A stretch of 64,000 nt of DNA from Auanema rhodensis (lineage: Eukaryota; Animalia; Nematoda). Under the pieces are notes generated by a model. That model worked only from the letters and a program-made list of their open reading frames with translations, was not told the origin of the DNA and did not search any database. Shown here piece by piece: positions 54,296 through 64,000 of the stretch. Both the position numbers and the translations under genes were made by a program. The number at the start of each line of letters is the position of its first letter. Position 1 is the first letter of the stretch. The stretch spans positions 25,482,001 through 25,546,000 of the forward strand of contig OZ059900.1 in assembly GCA_964057225.1 (NCBI GenBank). The letters are read 5' to 3'.

Positions 54296-57200
54296 ATGGG
54301 AAATACTGTGTTTTTGTATTTTTCTAGTGTTCAGCATGTAAAATGCTTCATTTTAGTATGTAACACGCTGAAATTCGTTGCATTTGACGACTCATATGAA
54401 CAAAAATCGATTTAATCAATATTAGCCATAAGGGGCGTGCCCTCAGAATATGCTAATTTCCTTAATTTTCTAACCCCTGTTTTTTTGTTGTGAAAGTGGA
54501 ACTAGACGTTGTACGAACAATTTTGAGATAGGTTTCATTGACATTGCATGAGTTTGAACACATGAAATCGTAAGTCAAAACCTTGTTTACAGCGAAATTT
54601 CCAAAAACTGGTTTTCCAGCATAATAAAATATTTCTCTTGGGAAATACTGTGTTTTTGTATTTTTCTAGTGTTCAGCATGTAAAATGCTTCATTTTAGTA
54701 TGTAACACGCTGAAATTCGTTGCATTTGACGACTCATATGAACAAAAATCGATTTAATCAATATTAGCCATAAGGGGCGTGCCCTCAGAATATGCTAATT
54801 TCCTTAATTTTCTAACCCCTGTTTTTTTGTCGTGAAAGTGGAACTAGACGTTGTACGAACAATTTTGAGCTAGGTTTCATTGACATTGCATCAGTTTGAA
54901 CACATGAAATCGTAAGTCAAAACCTTGTTTACAGCGAAATTTCCAAAAACTGGTTTTCCAGCATAATAAAATATTTCTCATGGGAAATACTGTGTTTTTG
55001 TATTTTTCTAGTGTTCAACATGTAAAATTCTTCATTTTAGTATGTAACACGCTGAAATTCGTTGCATTTGACGACTCATATGAACAAAAATCGATTTAAT
55101 CAATATTAGCCATAAGGGGCGTGCCCTCAGAATATGCTAATTTCCTTAATTTTCTAACCCCTGTTTTTTTGTCGTGAAAGTGGAACTAGACGTTGTACGA
55201 ACAATTTTGAGCTAGGTTTCATTGACATTGCATGAGTTTGAACACATGAAATCGTAAGTCAAAACCTTGTTTACAGCGAAACTTCCAAAAACTGGTTTTC
55301 CAGCATAATAAAATATTTCTCATGGGAAAAACTGTGTTTTTGTATTTTTTCAGTGTTCAGCATGTAAAATGCTTCATTTTAGTATGTAACACGCTGAAAT
55401 TCGTTGCATTTGACGACTCATATGAACAAAAATCGATTTAATCAATATTAGCCATAAGGGGCGTGCCCTCAGAATATGCTAATTTCCTTAATTTTCTAAC
55501 CCCTGTTTTTTTGTCGTGAAAGTGGAACTAGACGTTGTACGAACTATTTTGAGCTAGGTTTCATTGACATTGCATGAGTTTGAACACATGAAATCGTAAG
55601 TCAAAACCTTGTTTACAGCGAAATTTCCAAAAACTGGTTTTCCAGCATAATAAAATATTTCTCAAGGGAAAAACTGTGTTTTTATATTTTTCTAGTGTTC
55701 AGCATGTAAAATGCTTCATTTTAGTTTGTAACACGCTGAAATTCGTTGCATTTGACGACTCATATGAACAAAAATCGATTTAATCAATATTAGCCATAAG
55801 GGGCGTGCCCTCAGAATATGCTAATTTCCTTAATTTTCTAACCCCTGTTTTTTTGTCGTGAAAGTGGAACTAGACGTTGTACGAACAATTTTGAGCTAGG
55901 TTTCATTGACATTGCATGAGTTTGAACACATGAAATCGTAAGTCAAAACCGTGTTTACAGCGAAATTTCCAAAAACTGGTTTTCCAGCATAATAAAATAT
56001 TTCTCAAGGGAAAAACTGTGTTTTTATATTTTTCTAGTGTTCAGCATGTAAAATGCTTCATTTTAGTATGTAACACGGTGAAATTCCTTTCATTTGACGA
56101 CTCATATGAACAAAAATCGATTTAATCAATATTAGCCATAAGGGGCGTGCCCTCAGAATATGCTAATTTCCTTAATTTTCTAACCCCTGTTTTTTTGTCG
56201 TGAAAGTGGAACTAGACGTTGTACGAACAATTTTGAGCTAGGTTTCATTGACATTGCATGAGTTTGAACACATGAAATCGTAAGTCAAAACCTTGTTTAC
56301 AGCGAAATTTCCAAAAACTGGTTTTCCAGCATAATAAAATATTTCTCAAGGGAAAAACTGTGTTTTTATATTTTTCTAGTGTTCAGCATGTAAAATGCTT
56401 CATTTTAGTATGTAACACGCTGAAATTCGTTGCATTTGACGACTCATATGAACAAAAATCGATTTAATCAATATTAGCCATAACGGGCGTGCCCTCAGAA
56501 TATGCTAATTTCCTTAATTTTCTAACCCCTGTTTTTTTGTTGTGAAAGTGGAACTAGACGTTGTACGAACAATTTTGAGCTAGGTTTCATTGACATTGCA
56601 TCAGTTTGAACACATGAAATCGTAAGTCAAAACCTTGTTTACAGCGAAATTTCCAAAAACTGGTTTTCCAGCATAATAAAATATTTCTCATGGGAAATAC
56701 TGTGTTTTTGTATTTTTCTAGTGTTCAGCATGTAAAATGCTTCATTTTAGTATGTAACACGCTGAAATTCGTTGCATTTGACGACTCATATGAACAAAAA
56801 TCGATTTAATCAATATTAGCCATAAGGGGCGTGCCCTCAGAATATGCTAATTTCCTTAATTTTCTAACCCCTGTTTTTTTGTCGTGAAAGTGGAACTAGA
56901 CGTTGTACGAACAATTTTGAGCTAGGTTTCATTGACATTGCATCAGTTTGAACACATGAAATCGTAAGTCAAAACCTTGTTTACAGCGAAATTTCCAAAA
57001 ACTGGTTTTCCAGCATAATAAAATATTTCTCATGGGAAAAACTGTGTTTTTGTATTTTTTCAGTGTTCAGCATGTAAAATGCTTCATTTTAGTATGTAAC
57101 ACGCTGAAATTCGTTGCATTTGACGACTCATATGAACAAAAATCGATTTAATCAATATTAGCCATAAGGGGCGTGCCCTCAGAATATGCTAATTTCCTTA

Positions 57201-57373
57201 ATTTTCTAACCCCTGTTTTTTTGTCGTGAAAGTGGAACTAGACGTTGTACGAACAATTTTGAGCTAGGTTTCATTGACATTGCATGAGTTTGAACACATG
57301 AAATCGTAAGTCAAAACCTTGTTTACAGCGAAATTTCCAAAAACTGGTTTTCCAGCATAATAAAATATTTCTC

Positions 57374-60100
57374 ATGGGAAATACAGTGTTTTTGTATTTT
57401 TTTAGTGTTCAGCATGTGAAATGCGTCATTTTAGTATGTAAAACGCTGAAATTCGTTGCATTTGACGACTCATATGAACAAAAATCGATTTTATCAATAT
57501 TAGCCATAAGGGGCGTGCCCTCAGAATATGCTAATTTCCTTAATTTTCTAACCCCTGTTTTTTTGTCGTGAAAGTGGAACTAGACGTTGTACGAACAATT
57601 TTGAGCTAGGTTTCATTGACATTGCATGAGTTTGAACACATGAAATCGTAAGTCAAAACCTTGTTTACAGCGAAATTTCCAAAAACTGGTTTTCCAGCAT
57701 AATACAATATTTCTCATGGGAAATACTGTGTTTTTGTATTTTTCTAGTGTTCAGAATGTAGAATGCTTCATTTTAGTACGTAACACGCTGAAATTCGTTG
57801 CATTTGACGACTCATATGAACAAAAATCGATTTAATCAATATTAGCCATAAGGGGCGTGCCCTCAGAATATGCTAATTTCCTTAATTTTCTAACCCCTGT
57901 TTTTTTGTCGTGAAAGTGGAACTAGACGTTGTACGAACAATTTTGAGCTAGGTTTCATTGACATTGCATGAGTTTGAACACATGAAATCGTAAGTCAAAA
58001 CCTTGTTTACAGCGAAATTTCCAAAAACTGGTTTTCCAGCATAATAAAATATTTCTCATGGGAAATACTGTGTTTTTGTATTTTTCTAGTGTTCAGCATG
58101 TAAAATGCTTCATTTTAGTATGTAACACGCTGAAATTCGTTGCATTTGACGACTCATATGAACAAAAATCGATTTAATCAATATTAGCCATAAGGGGCGT
58201 GCCCTCAGAATATGCTAATTTCCTTAATTTTCTAACCCCTGTTTTTTTGTCGTGAAAGTGGAACTAGACGTTGTACGAACAATTTTGAGCTAGGTTTCAT
58301 TGACATTGCATGAGTTTGAACACATGAAATCGTAAGTTAAAACCTTGTTTACAGCGAAATTTCCAAAAACTGGTTTTCCAGCATAATAAAATATTGCTCA
58401 TGGGAAATACAGTGTTTTTGTATTTTTTTAGTGTTCAGCATGTAAAATGCGTCATTTTAGTATGTAAAACGCTGAAATTCGTTGCATTTGACGACTCATA
58501 TGAACAAAAATCGATTTTATCAATATTAGCCATAAGGGGCGTGCCCTCAGAATATGCTAATTTCCTTAATTTTCTAACCCCTGTTTTTTTGTCGTGAAAG
58601 TTCAACTAGACGTTGTACGAACAATTTTGAGCTAGGTTTCATTGACATTGCATGAGTTTGAACACATGAAATCGTAAGTCAAAACCTTGTTTACAGCGAA
58701 ATTTCCAAAAACTGGTTTTCCAGCATAATAAAATATTTCTCAAGGGAAAAACTGTGTTTTTATATTTTTCTAGTGTTCAGCATGTGAAATGCTTAATTTT
58801 AGTATGTAACACGCTGAAATTTGTTGCATTTGACGACTCATATGAACAAAAATCGATTTAATCAATATTAGCCATAAGGGGCGTGCCCTCAGAATATGCT
58901 AATTTCCTTAATTTTCTAACCCCTGTTTTTTTGTCGTGAAAGTGGAACTAGACGTTGTACGAACAATTTTGAGCTAGGTTTCATTGACATTGCATGAGTT
59001 TGAACACATGAAATCGTAAGTCAAAACCTTGTTTACAGCGAAATTTCCAAAAACTGGTTTTCCAGCATAATAAAATATTTCTCATGGGAAATACTGTGTT
59101 TTTGTATTTTTTTAGTGTTCAGCATGTAAAATGCGTCATTTTAGTATGTAAAACGCTGAAATTCGTTGCATTTGACGACTCATATGAACAAAAATCGATT
59201 TAATCAATATTAGCCATAAGGGGCGTGCCCTCAGAATATGCTAATTTCCTTAATTTTCTAACCCCTGTTTTTTTGTCGTGAAAGTGGAACTAGACGTTGT
59301 ACGAACAATTTTGAGCTAGGTTTCATTGACATTGCATGAGTTTGAACACATGAAATCGTAAGTCAAAACCTTGTTTACAGCGAAATTTCCAAAAACTGGT
59401 TTTCCAGCATAATAAAATATTTCTCATGGGAAATACTGTGTTTTTGTATTTTTCTAGTGTTCAGCATGTAAAATGCTTCATTTTAGTATGTAACACGCTG
59501 AAATTCGTTGCATTTGACGACTCATATGAACAAAAATCGATTTAATCAATATTAGCCATAAGGGGCGTGCCCTCAGAATATGCTAATTTCCTTAATTTTC
59601 TAACCCCTGTTTTTTTGTTGTGAAAGTGGAACTAGACGTTGTACGAACAATTTTGAGATAGGTTTCATTGACATTGCATGAGTTTGAACACATGAAATCG
59701 TAAGTCAAAACCTTGTTTACAGCGAAATTTCCAAAAACTGGTTTTCCAGCATAATAAAATATTTCTCATGGGAAATACTGTGTTTTTGTATTTTTCTAGT
59801 GTTCAGCATGTAAAATGCTTCATTTTAGTATGTAACACGCTGAAATTCGTTGCATTTGACGACTCATATGAACAAAAATCGATTTAATCAATATTAGCCA
59901 TAAGGGGCGTGCCCTCAGAATATGCTAATTTCCTTAATTTTCTAACCCCTGTTTTTTTGTCGTGAAAGTGGAACTAGACGTTGTACGAACAATTTTGAGC
60001 TAGGTTTCATTGACATTGCATCAGTTTGAACACATGAAATCGTAAGTCAAAACCTTGTTTACAGCGAAATTTCCAAAAACTGGTTTTCCAGCATAATAAA
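57374..60100. repeat. 8-monomer block duplicated from 52244-54970 (+5130)
   Basis: GTGAAA-B, AGAATGTAGA/AGTACG, AGTTAA, AGTTCAA, GCTTAAT, TTGTTG + GAGATA (~54529 / ~59659) and CATCAG (~54892 / ~60022) in the same order. Confidence 0.85.
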
Positions 60101-60451
60101 ATATTTCTCATGGGAAAAACTGTGTTTTTGTATTTTTTCAGTGTTCAGCATGTAAAATGCTTCATTTTAGTATGTAACACGCTGAAATTCGTTGCATTTG
60201 ACGACTCATATGAACAAAAATCGATTTAATCAATATTAGCCATAAGGGGCGTGCCCTCAGAATATGCTAATTTCCTTAATTTTCTAACCCCTGTTTTTTT
60301 GTCGTGAAAGTGGAACTAGACGTTGTACGAACAATTTTGAGCTAGGTTTCATTGACATTGCATGAGTTTGAACACATGAAATCGTAAGTCAAAACCTTGT
60401 TTACAGCGAAATTTCCAAAAACTGGTTTTCCAGCATAATAAAATATTTCTC

Positions 60452-61819
60452 AAGGGAAAAACTGTGTTTTTATATTTTTCTAGTGTTCAGCATGTGAAAT
60501 GCTTAATTTTAGTATGTAACACGCTGAAATTCGTTGCATTTGACGACTCATATGAACAAAAATCGATTTAATCAATATTAGCCATAAGGGGCGTGCCCTC
60601 AGAATATGCTAATTTCCTTAATTTTCTAACCCCTGTTTTTTTGTCGTGAAAGTGGAACTAGACGTTGTACGAACTATTTTGAGCTAGGTTTCATTGACAT
60701 TGCATGAGTTTGAACACATGAAATCGTAAGTCAAAACCTTGTTTACAGCGAAATTTCCAAAAACTGGTTTTCCAGCATAATAAAATATTTCTCAAGGGAA
60801 AAACTGTGTTTTTATATTTTTCTAGTGTTCAGCATGTAAAATGCTTCATTTAAGTATGTAACACGCTGAAATTCGTTGCATTTGACGACTCATATGAACA
60901 AAAATCGATTTAATCAATATTAGCCATAAGGGGCGTGCCCTCAGAATATGCTAATTTCCTTAATTTTCTAACCCCTGTTTTTTTGTCGTGAAAGTGGAAC
61001 TAGACGTTGTACGAACAATTTTGAGCTAGGTTTCATTGACATTGCATGAGTTTGAACACATGAAATCGTAAGTCAAAACCTTGTTTACAGCGAAATTTCC
61101 AAAAACTGGTTTTCCAGCATAATAAAATATTTCTCAAGGGAAAAACTGTGTTTTTATATTTTTCTAGTGTTCAGCATGTGAAATGCTTAATTTTAGTATG
61201 TAACACGCTGAAATTCGTTGCATTTGACGACTCATATGAACAAAAATCGATTTAATCAATATTAGCCATAAGGGGCGTGCCCTCAGAATATGCTAATTTC
61301 CTTAATTTTCTAACCCCTGTTTTTTTGTCGTGAAAGTGGAACTAGACGTTGTACGAACTATTTTGAGCTAGGTTTCATTGACATTGCATGAGTTTGAACA
61401 CATGAAATCGTAAGTCAAAACCTTGTTTACAGCGAAATTTCCAAAAACTGGTTTTCCAGCATAATAAAATATTTCTCAAGGGAAAAACTGTGTTTTTATA
61501 TTTTTCTAGTGTTCAGCATGTAAAATGCTTCATTTAAGTATGTAACACGCTGAAATTCGTTGCATTTGACGACTCATATGAACAAAAATCGATTTAATCA
61601 ATATTAGCCATAAGGGGCGTGCCCTCAGAATATGCTAATTTCCTTAATTTTCTAACCCCTGTTTTTTTGTCGTGAAAGTGGAACTAGACGTTGTACGAAC
61701 AATTTTGAGCTAGGTTTCATTGACATTGCATGAGTTTGAACACATGAAATCGTAAGTCAAAACCTTGTTTACAGCGAAATTTCCAAAAACTGGTTTTCCA
61801 GCATAATAAAATATTTCTC
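60452..61819. repeat. Dimeric HOR (684 bp x2)
   Basis: AAGGG/GTGAAA/GCTTAAT/GAACTAT monomer alternates with AAGGG/CATTTAAG monomer (GAACTAT ~60675 / ~61359; CATTTAAG ~60852 / ~61536). Confidence 0.85.
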
Positions 61820-64000
61820 ATGGGAAATACTGTGTTTTTGTATTTTTCTAGTGTTCAGCATGTAAAATGCTTCATTTTAGTTTGTAACACGCTGAAATTC
61901 GTTGCATTTGACGACTCATATGAACAAAAATCGATTTAATCAATATTAGCCATAAGGGGCGTGCACCTCAGAATATGCTAATTTCCTTAATTTTCTAACC
62001 CCTGTTTTTTTGTCGTGAAAGTGGAACTAGACGTTGTACGAACAATTTTGAGCTAGGTTTCATTGACATTGCATGAGTTTGAACACATGAAATCGTAAGT
62101 CAAAACCTTGTTTACAGCGAAATTTCCAAAAACTGGTTTTCCAGCATAATAAAATATTTCTCATGGGAAATACTGTGTTTTTGTATTTTTCTAGTGTTCA
62201 GCATGTAAAATGCTTCATTTTAGTATGTAACACGCTGAAATTCGTTGCATTTGACGACTCATATGAACAAAAATCGATTTATTCAATATTAGCCATAAGG
62301 GGTGTGCCCTCAGAATATGCTAATTTCCTTAATTTTCTAACCCCTGTTTTTTTGTCGTGAAAGTGGAACTAGACGTTGTACGAACAATTTTGAGCTAGGT
62401 TTCATTGACATTGCATCAGTTTGAACACATGAAATCGTAAGTCAAAACCTTGTTTACAGCGAAATTTCCAAAAACTGGTTTTCCAGCATAATAAAATATT
62501 TCTCATGGGAAATACTGTGTTTTTGTATTTTTCTAGTGTTCAGCATGTAAAATGCTTCATTTTAGTATGTAACACGCTGAAATTCGTTGCATTTGACGAC
62601 TCATATGAACAAAAATCGATTTATTCAATATTAGCCATAAGGGGCGTGCCCTCAGAATATGCTAATTTCCTTAATTTTCTAACCCCTGTTTTTTTGTCGT
62701 GAAAGTGGAACTAGACGTTGTACGAACAATTTTGAGCTAGGTTTCATTGACATTGCATGAGTTTGAACACATGAAATCGTAAGTCAAAACCTTGTTTACA
62801 GCGAAATTTCCAAAAACTGGTTTTCCAGCATAATAAAATATTTCTCAAGGGAAAAACTGTGTTTTTATATTTTTCTAGTGTTCAGCATGTAAAATGCTTC
62901 ATTTTAGTATGTAACACGGTGAAATTCCTTGCATTTGACGACTCATATGAACAAAAATCGATTTAATCAATATTAGCCATAAGGGGCGTGCCCTCAGAAT
63001 ATGCTAATTTCCTTAATTTTCTAACCCCTGTTTTTTTGTCGTGAAAGTGGAACTAGACGTTGTACGAACAATTTTGAGCTAGGTTTCATTGACATTGCAT
63101 GAGTTTGAACACATGAAATCGTAAGTCAAAACCTTGTTTACAGCGAAATTTCCAAAAACTGGTTTTCCAGCATAATAAAATATTTCTCATGGGAAAAACT
63201 GTGTTTTTGTATTTTTTTAATGTTCAGCATGTAGAATGCTTCATTTTGATATGTAAAACGCTGAAATTCGTTGCATTTGACGACTCATATGAACAAAAAT
63301 CGATTTTATCAATATTAGCCATAAGGGGCGTGCCCTCAGAATATGCTAATTTCCTTAATTTTCTAACCCCTGTTTTTTTGTCGTGAAAGTGGAACTAGAC
63401 GTTGTACGAACAATTTTGAGCTAGGTTTCATTGACATTGCATGAGTTTTAACACATGAAATCGTAAGTCAAAACCTTGTTTACAGCGAAATTTCCAAAAA
63501 CTGGTTTTCCAGCATAATAAAATATTTCTCATGGGAAATACAGTGTTTTTGTATTTTTTTAGTGTTCAGCATGTAAAATCCGTCATTTTTGTATGTAAAA
63601 CGCTGAAATTCGTTGCATTTGACGACTCATATGAACAAAAATCGATTTAATCAATATTAGCCATAAGGGGCGTGCCCTCAGAATATGCTAATTTCCTTAA
63701 TTTTCTAACCCCTGTTTTTTTGTCGTGAAAGTGGAACTAGACGTTGTACGAACAATTTTGAGCTAGGTTTCATTGACATTGCATGAGTTTTAACACATGA
63801 AATCGTAAGTCAAAACCTTGTTTACAGCGAAATTTATAAAACTGGTTTTCCAGCATAATAAAATATTTCTCAAGGGAAAAACTGTGTTTTTATATTTTTC
63901 TAGTGTTCAGCATGTAAAATGCTTCATTTTAGTATGTAACACGCTGAAATTCCTTGCATTTGACGACTCATATGAACAAAAATCGATTTAATCAATATTA

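Larger units (their letters stand above)
1..64000. repeat. 342-bp satellite DNA tandem array (~187 monomers), extends beyond both window ends
   Basis: Same sequence recurs with a 342-bp period throughout (e.g. CTC[A-T/A]GGGAAA landmark at 264, 606, 949 ... 63531, 63872; ORF-track starts differ by multiples of 342, apart from a few 1-bp indels). Consensus: TCGTTGCATTTGACGACTCATATGAACAAAAATCGATTTAATCAATATTAGCCATAAGGGGCGTGCCCTCAGAATATGCTAATTTCCTTAATTTTCTAACCCCTGTTTTTTTGTCGTGAAAGTGGAACTAGACGTTGTACGAACAATTTTGAGCTAGGTTTCATTGACATTGCATGAGTTTGAACACATGAAATCGTAAGTCAAAACCTTGTTTACAGCGAAATTTCCAAAAACTGGTTTTCCAGCATAATAAAATATTTCTCATGGGAAATACTGTGTTTTTGTATTTTTCTAGTGTTCAGCATGTAAAATGCTTCATTTTAGTATGTAACACGCTGAAAT. 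No non-repeat interruption seen. Confidence 0.99.

Noticed and set aside
3002-63386. 56 ORFs of 65-95 aa as a tandem multigene family
   Set aside because: All are one frame of the satellite monomer. Most monomers carry an in-frame TAA or lack the ATG (AAG/ATA), many variants are amino-acid changing, and I recognise no protein family; the F/L/I/V richness reflects T-rich DNA.
1-64000. CRISPR array or repeat-spacer system
   Set aside because: No unique spacers; the variable segment differs only by point substitutions, and there are no cas or other genes.

Overview
The whole 64-kb window is one uninterrupted, head-to-tail, single-orientation tandem array of a 342-bp AT-rich monomer (about 34% GC by my count of the consensus; about 187 copies, most differing from consensus by only a few substitutions). 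This is typical of eukaryotic satellite DNA, plausibly centromeric or pericentromeric, but I cannot identify the organism or named family from sequence alone. I see no genes, RNA genes, transposon insertions, inversions or CRISPR arrays. The 56 ORFs in the track are one reading frame of the monomer that is open or closed depending on a single base in a TAA codon. The real information is in the variant pattern: (i) local higher-order repeats (HORs) of 2, 3, 4, 5, 6 and 15 monomers, some nested; (ii) blocks re-appearing 5-57 kb apart; (iii) domains with different marker sets; (iv) strict length conservation, with only three distinct 1-bp indel events; (v) variation concentrated in a roughly 95-bp segment that carries a cluster of dyad symmetries. 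I found no evidence of a novel protein-coding system. HOR boundaries were read by eye from diagnostic SNPs and are approximate to within about one monomer.
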